DNA of 55,233 nt from Girardia tigrina (GCA_001938485.1 MQRK01233649.1:1-55233), one strand, 5' to 3'. Positions 24,559-37,989 are shown, counted from the stretch's first letter. Notes: generated by a model from the sequence alone, not told the origin. A program made the numbers and translations.

Positions 24559-25339
24559 ATTGTTTATTTTTTTTTAATTCTCAGTTAATTGTGATAACGA
24601 TCATTCACAAAAAAAATCATACACACATACTTTCTTTTCTTTCTCTCTGTTCAATCATATTAACACATTCACTGTATGTACACACATCGACAATTATATT
24701 TCATTACACAAAACAAATTCACACAACACACAAACACATCTTACTGGTAAAATACCTAATTCAAATATTGATTTGACTATATATTGATCAACTATTTTAA
24801 ATAAACAATAACAAAAAGAGAACATATTTCAAGGTGAAGGATATTTCCACCTATAAGTTAATAATCAATACGGCACCAGGAGATTGAAATCATTTTGAAA
24901 AGTCATGGAACATACAATAATGAACTGAAACTGAATATATTTCACAATCATAACATCTGCTCATAAATCGAGTCTTTGATTTCAGTTTTTTGTTAGATTA
25001 AAGAAGGATTTTAAATCATTCAGAGATCGATAAAATTTTGCAAATGTTTTCTGAGAAAATACATTTCCAATAAAATTTTATTTTTCAACAGCGCGATTTA
25101 GACGAAAGAAAAGCAAAAATTGACTCATATGGTATTTGCATCATCACAAAACCATATGAACGTGATGATTTCATATTCACTTATTTACATATATTTATAT
25201 ATTTAATTTTTTTTAAGTATTAATTTATTTTAATTATTTTTAATCAATTATTTTAATTAAATTATTATATTTTTAACAAATGGGTTCAAAAAAAGAGTAA
25301 AAATGGAATCGCAACGCGACCATCTCCCATCCTTGAGCT

Positions 25340-26465
25340 GCCATACTTGGTTCCAAAAAAATGGTGGTTTAACGATACCTCTCTGAACCATCATAATTTG
25401 TCGGCTTATCAAGATTTCAAAGAATTATTTTCTATCATTAATTTTACTTATTTCAGAGGTTTTATAAAATCTATTAATGAGAGTGATTCGGTCTTGAACC
25501 AATTTTTAAATTTTGTCTTCAATTTTAACCCCCAAATGTCGTGTTATTTTTCAATGGCTATTCTCATCACCAACAGTTCAAAACCACATATACCAGAAAA
25601 TCTTATATTTGTTTTAAATTAATACAGTTTATTTTGGTTTAAAATAGTTTGTGATAAACGGCTGGTGTTAATTGCTAAGTGCCAAATGATTATTTACAGC
25701 TGAAAACTTTTAAGCCACAGAAACTTTTTCATCCGTCATAAATAAGAATTGCATTTTTGGATCATTTCGCATTCTTAGCAGTTGCGAAAAGTATTGTACT
25801 TTCGTCGTCTGAATCTTCATTAGCGTTAATGTCATCATCATCACTTTCTAAAAGAGAAATTACAAAATTTCTAAAAATATTGAAAAAATTCTTCATCCTA
25901 CAGTGTATTATGTACCTACCTTGAACTAGGTTCGATAAGCTCTATTTCTTCTGTTGGTGCAGTCTCATCAACTGCAACAATTTCTTCAAAAGACATAGTA
26001 TTTTCATCTGGCATTTCTAGCATCATCCAAACACCTTGTAGTTCTTGCCCATTAGGTCATGTAGAAGACTGAATTACAGTATTGTCACAAGAAATGATTC
26101 CAGTATGTCTCAAACAATCTGTAATGGTGTCGTTCATATTCATATTTTTAAGGCATCAGTATCTCATTTGACTACATTAATATTCAATTCTAATTTCATT
26201 GATCACCACATTTTTTTCTCAAAGATGATCTTACAAATCTTCGGCAAGTAGTACATCATTCAAATACATTCTATACATTCTATACACATGTCAATTTGTG
26301 AAAAAAATTACACACACATTGGTGGTTTAACGAGAGATCCATATATTTTTGTTCCTATTTTGTATTTGTGGTTCACAGAGGTTTTCAATTGTTTTTAAAA
26401 CGCTTCCGGAAATTTCTTGGCGATAAGCGAGGGTGGTGGTTTAACGAGTGGCGGCTATACAAGTG

Positions 26466-26471
<6 letters not shown>
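25340..26471 (-). mobile_element. Pogo/Tigger-like transposon remnant
   Basis: Repeated GGTGGTTTAACGA motifs (about 25363, 26321, 26436); terminus abuts (TA)n; minus-strand DTITDCLRHTG plus an acidic tail typical of pogo C-termini. Confidence 0.45.
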
Positions 26472-26528
<57 letters not shown>

Positions 26529-26600
26529 NNNNNNNNNNNNNNNNNNNNNNNNNNNNNNNNNNNNNNNNNNNNNNNNNNTATATATATATATATATATATA
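26471..26600. repeat. (TA)n microsatellite with an internal gap
   Basis: Direct reading. Confidence 0.95.
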
Positions 26601-27494
26601 AACGAAACTTTCCCGACGGTCTCCGAACATCTATCTATTCCTGAACCTGTATCATAAATAAATAAAGTAAAGTAAAAATTTAGATTAGCCACTGTGCAAA
26701 ATGTTAATGATAGAGCAAAACTTATTTTATTTTCCTGTCCTAATTTTGTATGGGTTATATCACTATAAAACTAAACTCAAAGTGAGGTAAGTAACGTTTA
26801 TAGGATTTACCCAATTTTCAAAGTTTATTCTACGCATAATATATTGTTTTGTAGACCGGTTGTTGGACATTTGTGTTGAATAATTACAAATAATATATTA
26901 CCTGAAGGTAATAATTTATATTTCTTTAAAATAGGCATTTTTCTTAATTTGTTTAATAATCATAATTATTCTTTAGAATTTGCGATCATCCACCAAGTCA
27001 AACTATTTAAAATTATTTTGTTTTGCAAATTAATGCCGTTTAAATTTATAAAACTGTCAAAACATATTAATTCAATTTTTTATTAAGATATGTAATTTTT
27101 TTTTGTATTTGTGTAAATTTTCTAAATGTGTGTGGGGTTAGATGCTACAGCGTCTTGTAAAATGTGGTTTGCTATCATTTAATAAAAATCAATGTTTTAC
27201 TAAACGTTTTATATGTAGTTTGATAATAAAATACTCTAATGAGACTCTTATAATTTTATTAATTTTATTTAGCAAAAAATTATCCCAGGCTTGTCCCCTG
27301 GATACGCCCTTAACACATTTAACTTAATTATCTGCATTTAAAATTTATTTTTTTTTATTTTTTGTATTCAATTTATTTTTTGACAAAATGATACTTAACA
27401 TTTCGGGGTCATTAATTGAAGAATAAACGTTTTCGCTCTTTTTTGAACACCACTTCCTGCGGATAGTTTATAACCTAAATATTTTATTTTAGAA

Positions 27495-28430
27495 ATGGAT
27501 CACTTTCCAAATTATTACAAAGTTTGGGGAAAGGTTAATTTTGGATTGCTGACCCTTCTTAGCTTTTTAGGAATAATTGGTAATTTCCTAGTTTTTATGA
27601 TAGTTCTAAAGGACAGAGCCATTCGAAATTTTACAAAAGTTTTACTTATCAATAATTGTATTTATGATTTCTTATGTATCATTTTTCCGGGAATTAATTT
27701 GATGTATTTTTTATTTCAGTTATCAGACATGAAACTAGGTAATCCGCTTTTATGTGGAATATTGAATATTTTTATATATATGTTTTCGTATGGACCTATA
27801 CTTTGTACATCTTTAGTGTCTGTAGAAAGATTTCTGATGGTTCACTTTCCAACGAGTATTTTTCTTAGATCATTGAAGCTGTGGCACGGAATTATTGTCG
27901 TCCTTTTAATAACAGTTTTTAACTTTGGTTTTTTTGGAAATTATTATCAAAGTATTGATATATCTATATTATGTTTTGCTATTTCAATATTCTATTTGGG
28001 AAATAATTGTTCTATTCTGATTATATATGGTATTGTACCCTTTTTGATTAATTTAGTATCTGCTGTATACCTGCTTAAAGTTATAGGAAAAAGTCTCAAA
28101 ACTTCAAACCAAACAAATGTGAAGGACAACATTGTCAATCGACAGAGGTGGACAATCAAAACGACCATCGTAGTTTCTCTAAACTCTTTATTTACATATA
28201 CTCCTTACATAATTTTATTATTTTTACATAATACTAGGTATATATCACCAACATACAATATACAAATTTTTACTTATTCAGCTAATATTTTATTAATTAG
28301 TAATTCTTGCATAAAAATTTTTTTCTATATGTTCACAAAACATTTTCGGTTGAGTTTGTTGAAGCTAGTTTGTCCGGAAAGATACTCGACGAGTCAAGCC
28401 CAACTGACCACCATCCAAAGAAATACCTAA
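27495..28430 (+). CDS. Rhodopsin-like (class A) orphan GPCR, intronless, paralogue 1
   Basis: 311 aa with seven hydrophobic segments; TM1 GN, TM2 D, TM3 Cys and SVERF (DRY equivalent), TM5 P, TM6 TPY, TM7 NSCIKIFFY, helix 8 FR. Confidence 0.92.
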   Translation: MDHFPNYYKVWGKVNFGLLTLLSFLGIIGNFLVFMIVLKDRAIRNFTKVLLINNCIYDFLCIIFPGINLMYFLFQLSDMKLGNPLLCGILNIFIYMFSYGPILCTSLVSVERFLMVHFPTSIFLRSLKLWHGIIVVLLITVFNFGFFGNYYQSIDISILCFAISIFYLGNNCSILIIYGIVPFLINLVSAVYLLKVIGKSLKTSNQTNVKDNIVNRQRWTIKTTIVVSLNSLFTYTPYIILLFLHNTRYISPTYNIQIFTYSANILLISNSCIKIFFYMFTKHFRLSLLKLVCPERYSTSQAQLTTIQRNT

Positions 28431-30772
28431 TTAATTCACACTGTTATTTGAAACAAACTTTGAAAATTTACAATGACAAAAGATTTGTTTAACGAATTGA
28501 TTCTTTGTAGTTTTATTTAATGTTCGAATAAAATAAAATCTCAAGTTAACTTTTATTATGAAATAAAATATTTAAAAATTCCGAATTTGTGATTGAAACT
28601 ATAAATAAATAAATTTATCTCTAATTAGTAATTACAAATTGATTTTTATATTTTTTGAGTTTCTTGGAAGTCTTGACTCAGATTTCCCAGAGTTTTTCTT
28701 ATTTTGTCCTAACAAATTGTTATTTTTTACATCAGGATTTTAGACGGTCTAAAGTGTTGTTTGTATCCGGTGATTTATGGAATGGAAAATTTTACGAACG
28801 AAAATTTATGCCTATGCGTTATATCCAAACAAAAGTCAGAAATGGTACATTGAATTCTTAAAAGCATTAGAAAGTAAAAACCTGGAGAATTACTGTTATA
28901 AATAGTGAATGGAATACGTAGGATTATCTAATGCTCTTGAATTTGTAGACTATTTTGAAGATATCTTAAATCGTAATTGTTATTTATATAATTGATTTCT
29001 ATTTCCGTGTTATAAACTTCAGCTTTGAAATTACTAGGAATCTGACACGCTTAAACTACCAAAAATAAATAATTTGATTGAGGGTTTGTATCAAGGCTTC
29101 TTTTCTCTAATTTCAGTACAATACAAACAAATGTCAATTTATTAGTGCAGTTAAATGTGAGCAAATTTTAAATGAGCTTCAAGTGTTGATTATGTGTCTC
29201 TATGACACAAGAAAAAGAATATTAGAAATATTTGGAAAGTTTATCTCGAGATTTAGAAACTTTTGCAAAATGGCAAATAAATGGAATATTTACGTGAATT
29301 GTCTTATAAAAATTAATTTCAAATATGGTAGGTGGTTCAAAATCCTTTCCGAAAATGATTATGAGGGGTTAGTTTAAATTTAAGTTTCGCCAAAATAGTT
29401 TATTATTTTTTTAATTTGAAAATTTAAAGGAAATAAATTAAAAAATAAAATGTAGAGTAAAAATATGTTAAAATAAATAATTAACGGATTAATATTTTAA
29501 GAAATAATTTTTTTAATAAAACGTCTATTGTAAATTTAAATTAATTAGTTTTTATGATAAAGTTTTGTAAAAAATGTAAAATTATTTTAAGGATTTAATT
29601 TCTTAAAAGTTCGTAAAAAAATGTTAAATAATTTATGGTTTAAATTTCGTAAATTTTCAAAATTTAATCTAAACAAATTTAATGAATTAATTTTGGGTGA
29701 AATAATTGAATTAACATGAAATTTGTTTAAATATGTGAATTGTTGATATTAATAAATTTTGTGGTGTTAAATTATGACTTCGGAATTTGATGATAATAAA
29801 AGTTGCATAAACGCTACTTACAATGATGATGTGAGTTCAACATTCTGGATAACCCCAATCCTGAATTCTTCTCATGATTTAGATAATGTAAATCTAAATT
29901 CCAATACTGAAGGTTTAAAGGAAGACGGTAGGTCAACTGGATTCCATATCAGTTATGTCAAACAAATCAATATACCTCTTTTTCAGAATGTTAAGATTTA
30001 GTCTAATCGATTAATCCCTTTTTTCATAATTTTTTATATGTATAATAATTATGGTCATTCTCTCGTACTGATAGAGTGTACAGGAATAACAATCTGTATT
30101 ACCGTTGCCAAAAAGAGTCATACACAATTGACTCTTTAACTATATAACCCTTGTCTAGTTATAGATCATGAGAACCCAATCATAACGAGTAATGACTTAA
30201 TCTAGTCTACCCACCTCTAAGTTATACATGTAACTAACCTAAACATTAATTATATATAGCAATAGAAATGTCTGAAAAATAAAAGGAAATATTATGTAAG
30301 ACCTTCAAGAAGTAATATTCTATCATTACTGCGCTCCTAATAGAAAATTTAGCAACCAGTACAAAGTCTAGTATGCCCCCCTTCTTACTCTGCACATGGT
30401 GAATCATCGACTACTGATATATTTTTATGCATTCGGAAGCCCATGATGACCTCCCCTGACACTTCAAACTAATTTGTTTTAGCTGTATTATTTGTTTCTC
30501 AAAATATTAAATTAAAATATATTTTACAACTATATAATAGCAATCAAAACCTTAGTTATTGTCAATAACAATGTATTACTGACACTATATTACAATATCA
30601 TTGTGTTTCATACAGAATAATTAAATTTTCGTAAAATGGTTTTTTTTTAATTGATATTTTATTAAAACATTAAAGTATTGAAATCATCATTCCAAAAATT
30701 TAATATTTAATGGTTGAGTAAGTGAAATTAAAATTCTTGAAAGGATAAACATAAAAATATAATTAACAAATC

Positions 30773-30880
30773 TGGAGCGGAAAATTTTGCCGAACATTTT
30801 GCCAGTTTAGGAAAAATACATAAATCATTATATAAACTATATAATTAATAAAAATAATTAAAAAAAATTATCTTAAATAA
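30773..30880 (+). repeat. Short fragment resembling the terminus of the 474-1451 element
   Basis: TGGAGCGGAAAATTTTGCCGAACATTTTGCCAGTTT resembles the reverse complement of about 1403-1451. Confidence 0.5.
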
Positions 30881-30954
30881 AGAAAGGAGAGAACTGTTAG
30901 GGTTCCGAAATATACATACGAACACTTTTAATAAAATTTTATATAGGAAAATTT

Positions 30955-31660
30955 TTTACCACGTTTTTATAAGCCCTCTTTCTTGTCTGTTTGTCTGTCT
31001 GGAACAAATCTTGCGATTGATTTTTCGACCACTTTCAGTCATCCAATTGAGCTGAATTTTTTTATACAGGCTTGCTTCCGATGACAATACAATTTGATAA
31101 AAAATTTTGAAAAAATATAATTTTTTTGCAAAAAACCACTTACGATTATCTACAAATTTATACACTGTATTAAATAGCAATCTTTTCGTTCATTTTCATG
31201 AATGAAGTTTTATACAGGCTTGCTTCCGATGACAATACAATTNNNNNNNNNNNNNNNNNNNNNNNNNNNNNNNNNNNNNNNNNNNNNNNNNNATGATAAC
31301 TAAAAATAGTTAAATAATATTATTAATAAAAAATTTTTTTATAAAAACAACCACGTTTTTCAAGCATTACCAATGCACTAAAAAGAGGAAAATAATTTTT
31401 TTTCTAGACATTTAAGAAATTTTATACCTAACCAAAAACGTGGGGCATAGAAATGATCGATTGTTACTAAAAAGCAGTAAAGAGGAAAAAGCAGTTACTA
31501 ATAGCAGTAATTCAGAAATCCGCCCCACGTTTTTATTTAGGTATAAAATTTCTCACATGTCTAGAAAAAAATTATTTTCCTTTTATTAGTGCATTGGTAA
31601 TGCTTGAAAAACGTGGTTGTTTTTATAAAAAAAAATTTTTATTAATAATATTATTAATAA
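30955..31660 (+). mobile_element. DINE-1/Helentron-like element plus an inverted partial second copy
   Basis: Reverse complement of 7315-7902; internal duplication at about 31210-31242; about 31523-31650 is an inverted copy of about 31315-31446. Confidence 0.65.
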
Positions 31661-32599
31661 TTTTTTTAGTAAAATTATTAATTTCAAACAAAATAATATT
31701 TAGTTTAACAAAATTTGGAATCTAAAATTAAAAATATTTTAGTCTTTGTTTTAATTGATCAATTTTCAAGGCTGATGAAAATTACTATATAAACAGCAGC
31801 AAATATAATTTTAGTTTGCCCAAAAATATTTGCTGAAAAATTCGCCTAAGAAGAGTTCACGTAATCAAGTAAAGTGAATACCAAATTTATTTAATTTTTA
31901 TTTTATTCTTTAAAATATTGTTTTATTAATGAAACCATAAGTATCCCGTATGGGAGAAAAAGGTTGTTAAATTTTAATCAAATCATCGTTCGTTTTTGGA
32001 GATTTACAGTTTTTACTGTAATCTGTTAACTCGTACGAAATATTTATTTGTGTTTTTGTTTTGTCATCAAGAATTGAATTATTATTTTTGACTTGTTAAT
32101 TTTTGTTATTTGAAATAAAGTTTCATAAAAGAATTTGTGTTCATTGTCTATATATTTATGTTGGAAGTCCTTTCTGATTAATTGGAGTCAGATGAAAGAT
32201 TAAAGATTTCACATTGAACATTATTGAATAAAGATTAAAGAATAGAGATTTACGATTAAAGATTTAAGATTTGTGTTTTAAAAAGTAAATAATTATATTT
32301 AAGATTTCTAATACCCAACAGAACCAATATATTGAGGTATTAATTATCAAATAAAAATTATTTGGTTGTGTTATTGTCGTGAAATCGATTTGAGTGTATT
32401 TTTATCGATTTTGTGACTGATATATATTTGTTCATTTTGGCGCAATATTTTAATTATTGGTTTTCTGTTTTGTCTTTTCTTCTTTTTGGATCTTTTGTCA
32501 ATTCTGCTTTTTTATTATTTTTAATTTGAGAATTTATTTGAATTGATTTGGTTATTATTAATCATGGGGATTAATTAATTAATCAAAGATATATTAATG

Positions 32600-33130
32600 T
32601 GACTCAAAGTAGCTGCAGTCGATGATTTTTCAATTCATTTAACCGTCGAAGAAAGTCATCAGATTTGATGTTATTAGTGATGTCACTTTCATACGAGAGC
32701 AATACAAGGTTTGCTTTATGAGAATGGGTCATAGATGTACGAAAGGGAGTTAGAACACAATATAAAGTACTAAAAATCGCCTCACATGTGGCAGTTGAAG
32801 CACTGAGTGTGAGTGCAAAGCTGCAAGAAGATAAACAGATGGAAATACCTCTAGGTAAGAGTACAGTTCTTGCACTAACTGATGAACTTTTGTCACAGTA
32901 CTAGTCTTCTTCAATAGGAATATCTTTGCAGTTTCAAACTCATGTTGGGTTTTGCTTAGGTCTACACCACACAAATTCGCTAATGTCTTTAGCTCTTCAA
33001 TATTTAAAAAATTTTGGTGATTAGTCTTTAAACATACAGGAGACTTGTAAAGGATTCTCTTACTGACACTGAAGTGTTTTGTTAATTCCAGGAGAGTTCT
33101 GTCAACGACTTCGTAATACATCTGGCGATA
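32600..33130 (-). pseudogene. hAT transposase C-terminal (dimerisation) fragment, ZMYM1/Tip100-like
   Basis: YYEVVDRTLLELTKHFS, FPSVYLLA..ALTLSASTATCEAIFSTL, FRTSMT, NLVLLSYESDI. Confidence 0.8.
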
Positions 33131-34742
33131 TGCGATGTCATAAGTGAAAATCAGTTATTTCATTTCTAAAAAAATCAAGAACATTGCTGTTTTATTGTGG
33201 CGATAATATAGCTCAAATCTTTCTCAAGTAGAGAATTTAGTGGCTATCAATAGAAGAAAAATTTACGCAGCGCACATTGATACCTAAAAAGAATTCATAA
33301 ATACAGTATAAGATGAATGCAGAAATGATTATGACATTAGAATCGCTTGTCCAGGTCTCATTGAGAGTATCGCTCGTATTGACGCAAAAAGAGGACCCAT
33401 AAAATATATATTAATGTTAGATGGTTACCCTTTTTAAAGAAAATCTTTTTGAGATTTGCATTTTTTGTTATTTAAAAAATTATGTAATTATATTTTAACT
33501 AGGTTATACAGAAAATTTTAAATAATATTGATATTACATTATGCCAAATCTGTTTTGTTTTGAAAATCTTAAAAAAGTATTTCAATTTTTATTTTTCATA
33601 TTCTTATTGTTAAATCTACTCAATGTATAGATCAGTTACATGTAAAATTTAAAGCAACGTTGGTTTGATAAATTTTTTAAAACGTGAAATAATATGAACA
33701 AAAAGTATTAACGGATGCAACTGTCTTAAAATAGGTTATTTATTAGTTTTAATTATTATTATAAACAAATATTTTTACTTTTTTAATGTATTGTAAAATT
33801 ATTTACCCATGTAAAATTTATAAATCTTTAAACTCGGCTTTCATTGCAATAAATGTGTTTGATATTTAAATTTTTTTCTAAAAAATGTTTTAACAGAAAT
33901 TATTTAGCAAGTGAATCAATTAGTAAATCAAAAAGCATATGAGATGACGTACGAAATTCTGTAGATTAAAACTGCAAAATGAGCAGTAAAATCTTAAATT
34001 TATGTATTTCTGAGGTACTACATAAAGGCTACTATTATTTAATATAATTATTGTTAAATAATTCGTCCGGGGGACGCCTATATGCTCCAGGAGAAATGGA
34101 TTATAAATTAACAAAATCGCAAAGAGAATCTGAAACCCGTCCATGAGTCTCGCTGTGCATTCCTATTTGGGGAATGCATCGAGAAGATTTGCTACTGATT
34201 GAAATTATTGAGTTAGACCCATGGTTAAGTGTTTTCTAGTTTTTTTGTGTTCAGAATGGTTCTACAGTCATTATTGATAGTTGTATTGACATTACCTTCG
34301 ATGAATTTTGATTCAAGATTAGACTTCATAATTTCACAGAAAAAATTATTCATGAAAATAACGCAAAAATTTAAACAAATATCTTCTCGATAATTTAATC
34401 ATTTAGCCAAAATCCATTTATTAAATTTTCTTTAAAATCAAATTTCTACTTTTGTAAAAATTTATTATTTTTTCACTATGTAAAATTTATCCCTGAAATT
34501 TACTTTTTTGTAAAAATATTTAACTTATTTTAAATTTAATTTATGATAAACCTTTTTAAAAATAATTTTGTTAAAAAATTATTTAACTTACTCTAACTTT
34601 AATTTATTTAAAGTAATTTTTATCATCATTTTTTTTATTTTTTACCCAATTTATTGTTTTTATAAAAATCAATTTAACTTCTTTATTTTAAAAGTTTTAC
34701 TAATTATATTTTATAAATATATCGATTTTAAATAATCTAAAC

Positions 34743-34914
34743 CAAACGTTCCCAAACTTTTTTCACACGTAGACCCTTTGCCATGATTTTCGGTTTTTGG
34801 TAGATCCCCTGCTAAGAAAGACAACAGATCACTAATTTTCTTTTCACTCTCGTAGACCCCTTGGAGGTCTATATCGACCCCTGGGGTTGATATAGACTTC
34901 TTTGGGAACCTAGG
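34743..34914. mobile_element. hAT-type MITE (172 bp)
   Basis: TIR cores GTTCCCAAA/TTTGGGAAC; 8-bp TSD ATCTAAAC/AGCTAAAC; internal GTAGACCC repeats. Confidence 0.8.
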
Positions 34915-35186
34915 AGCTAAACTATTCTTGTTTATTTTAATTATTATAAAGTTTTTTTAGCTTTTTAAAAAGTCACTTTTTTACTTTATAGTTTTTTTCA
35001 GTTTATGTACTTTTTTGTTTTACATAATTATTTACTTGGTTTTTTGTTTTTTAAAAAATCCTTTTTTCACTTTTGTTTGTTTTATAAATCTGATATATTT
35101 TAATGTTTTACGTAATTGATATAACAAAATCCGGACGACAATTTTCTTTTAATAACAACACTCATGCATTTAAAAATATATTTCAA

Positions 35187-35225
35187 GACAATATATTTCG
35201 ACGGATCTACCGTCATCTTCAGGTC
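35187..35225 (-). ncRNA. Minimal type-I hammerhead ribozyme in the Penelope pLTR
   Basis: GAC CUGAAGA U GACGG-UAGAU-CCGUC GAAA UAUA UU GUC: conserved core, stem II, palindromic stem III and a 3-bp stem I. Confidence 0.8.
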
Positions 35226-35887
35226 ACTAATTAATAATCAATTCACCTGTATATAAATACAAAAAGGATGATTATGTAATCGATTGCATGAAATCATGTT
35301 AATCAAAAATTCTCAATAAGCTGGTTGAGACTGCCGATTGAACATTGATTTTAGGGCAACGTGACCTAATTAACAATGCTTCATACGACACTTTCTCCCA
35401 ATAACTGTCAAAATACTTACACAGAATTTTAAAATTATCAAAATTAACATCACATTTACATTTTTTTCCTATGTTCTGCAATATTACTCTTATTCTCTTT
35501 TCGACTATGTTCTTGAATTCGTTTACAGAGATAACGGGCAGTCTATCCAATGTATGTGGCATCGCACCCATTACATTTATATTCATAAACAATATCAGAA
35601 CAAAGTGTTAAAGGGGTAATAGATTTATTACTGAACATATTTTGAATTTTATGAGATCGAGATATAATTTTTAAATTTAATTCATTGTTAGTTGCTTTTA
35701 ACAATGCATTTTTAAAGTTTTTAAATCCTTCAGAATAAGATACAATTAAACAATATTTAGGTATGTTATTAATATCTAATGATCCTTCGATTTCTTTCTT
35801 AGATCCATCAGGAAAAACCAAACTCTGATTTTTCGAAAAATCTTTCAAAAGTATTTTATCTACTAATGCTTATTAATTACTTATTAT

Positions 35888-36747
35888 TAGACGTAGGCAC
35901 GTTTTAAAATTTTCTAAACGTTTAAACGGTTTTTGTTTAGCAAATTAAACGTTTAAACGATCTCTAATTTCATGGAAAAACATCGCGACAACTCTTTATT
36001 TTCTTCAAAACCTATTCATTTAGAAATTTCAATGAATAACAATTTTTTAGCATAAAATGTTTACAAGGAATTCCTAAAAAAACAATGAAGTTCGAACAGT
36101 TGATACAAAAATAATGGTATAGTCACAATAATCATATTGTTTTTACATATCTATCACATTCAATGAATGTGATTTTCCATTCAAAGAGTTTTCTTTGGTA
36201 AATACGGCCTTCAATTTTCTTTATAATTTTTATCATCTGTCTACATATTTTTTTATTGCTGAATATATTTTCCTTCCAAGCTTTATAGTATGCTGTTCGA
36301 AACTTTTTAATTGTAAAATAGAATCTTAAAATGTTTTTGTATTAGAAGTAGAATTTTCAATTTAATTTTTTTTAATCCCAAAAAACTAAATATATATTTT
36401 TATATACATGAAACCAATCATAATAACTACTGAGCTAATTATTACAATGAAAAAAAATTTAAATTTTGTGCTTCCTCAAAAACCAATACATTTTCTTCAA
36501 TACAATACATCTGGTTTTCAAACTTTTTGTCTCAAAAAATATAGAACATCAACAAATATAATTTAAATGATTTTACGCCTAACAAAAAAAATTACCGCAA
36601 ATTATATAAATTGATGTAGTTCATAATAAGTTTTAAAAATACGAACTTACGAATAATACGCTCGTTCATAAATCGCTAAACGTTTAAACGTCTTAAAAAT
36701 CGAAAACGTTTAAACGGTCATTTAAACGCGAAACGTGCCCACCTCTA
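35888..36747. mobile_element. hAT-type MITE inserted in the Penelope ORF
   Basis: TIR TAGA(C/G)GT(A/G)GGCACGTTT; TSD CTTATTAT/CTTATTAG; subterminal AAACGTTTAAACG repeats. Confidence 0.85.
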
Positions 36748-37391
36748 CTTATTAGCCTTTATTAATTTTTCTAGAAAAGATTTAGAATAACCATTCTGAT
36801 TTAACATAGAACTTAGTTTATTAATACTTTCTACAGATTTAACAAAAGTGGAGGACAACGACCAGGAGCGATAAATTAAACCTTTAATCATGTTTTTTTT
36901 TACTTAAGTTCCCAAAAACTGTCTGATGAAGTATATAAACATGTATCAGTTTGCTTCCTATAAATTCCAGTCTCGTAACTAAAAGACTTTCTTTCAACCA
37001 AAAGATCCAGAAAAGGTAAGACTCCATTCTTTTCATTTTCAACTGTAAAAGTAACATTTGAATGTAACGAATTCATAAAATTTAAAAATGGAAGTACATA
37101 GAAGTACATTAAAAACTAGAAATATATCATCAACGTATCGTTTATATACTAAAGGTTGATTTCCATCAAACAGTTTAATTTTATTTTTCAATCTTTGAAA
37201 GATAAAAAGAAGATAAAGTTTTTGTTAACGGTGAACCCATAGCAACCCCATTAGTTTACTTATACCACTCATTATTAAAAAGAAAATGAACATTTGATGT
37301 TGCAAAAATCTAAATACTCACAAAACCCAACCTCTTCGACAATATGATGTTCTGAATGATTTATATACAGATGAATTGATTATTAATTAGT

Positions 37392-37430
37392 GGCCTGAAG
37401 ATGACGGTAGATCCGTCAAAATATATTGTC
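37392..37430 (+). ncRNA. Second hammerhead copy with a core mutation (GAAA>AAAA)
   Basis: GGC CUGAAGA U GACGG UAGAU CCGUC AAAA UAUA UU GUC. Confidence 0.7.
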
Positions 37431-37469
37431 TTGAAATATATTTTTACGTAATTATTTAATTTTTAATAG

Positions 37470-37981
37470 TAATAGGAATATTTTAAATTTGGTATGTTGA
37501 AATTGGTTTGTTGAATTTTGTATGTTGCGTTTAGTAGTTGGAAATGTGTTTCTCCCACCCAGATGGAAAATTGATATTTTGGATGTTCACGATAGATAAT
37601 TATTCGAGTATAATTTACATTTTCAAGTACAGCATAACATATTTAAAAACATTAAAAATATTAAATCGTTTCAAATTTTCATATTAAAATTTAAATAAAA
37701 TAAATAGTTTTAACTAAGTTTTGAATTAAATAAATGTTCTTTCTTTCCATAAAATAATTTTTAAATAAAATTAATACTCAAATTACAAAATTTAAACTTT
37801 AAAAATAAAATCTGAAAATAATGAAAAATTTGTTCGTATAATTGTTTATTAAAAGCATTAATAAAAAATTATCAATTTAGAACGATGTCGAATGATGAGA
37901 GTTTTGCTGAGAGTTGTCCAAAAGACAATTCTGATTGTAATGAAAATAAAAGTTTGAAAACCCATGTTGGTGTTCTTAATA
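37470..37981 (+). mobile_element. Gypsy solo LTR, same subfamily as 4689-7214
   Basis: Colinear match to the split LTR; ends in ...TGTTCTTAATA; flanks AATAG/AATAA form an imperfect TSD. Confidence 0.88.
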
Positions 37982-37989
37982 AATAAAAT

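Larger units (their letters stand above)
35171..37445 (-). mobile_element. Penelope-like element (RT + GIY-YIG), 5'-truncated, with an inverted pLTR
   Basis: GVAMGSPL, YKRYVDDIF, LPFLDLLV, YRKQTDT, NQNGYSK; GIY-YIG IVYEYKCNGCDATYIG, RIQEH, YEALLI; inverted repeats of about 86 bp at 35171-35256 and 37360-37445. Confidence 0.93.

Noticed and set aside
26368-26692. YIYIYI ORFs (also 17996-18190)
   Set aside because: These are translations of (TA)n microsatellites.
29774-30470. Short ORFs and coding-like composition
   Set aside because: No recognisable motif; multiple stops.
33920-34330. Possible minus-strand exon remnant
   Set aside because: All frames are broken and no family motif could be supported.
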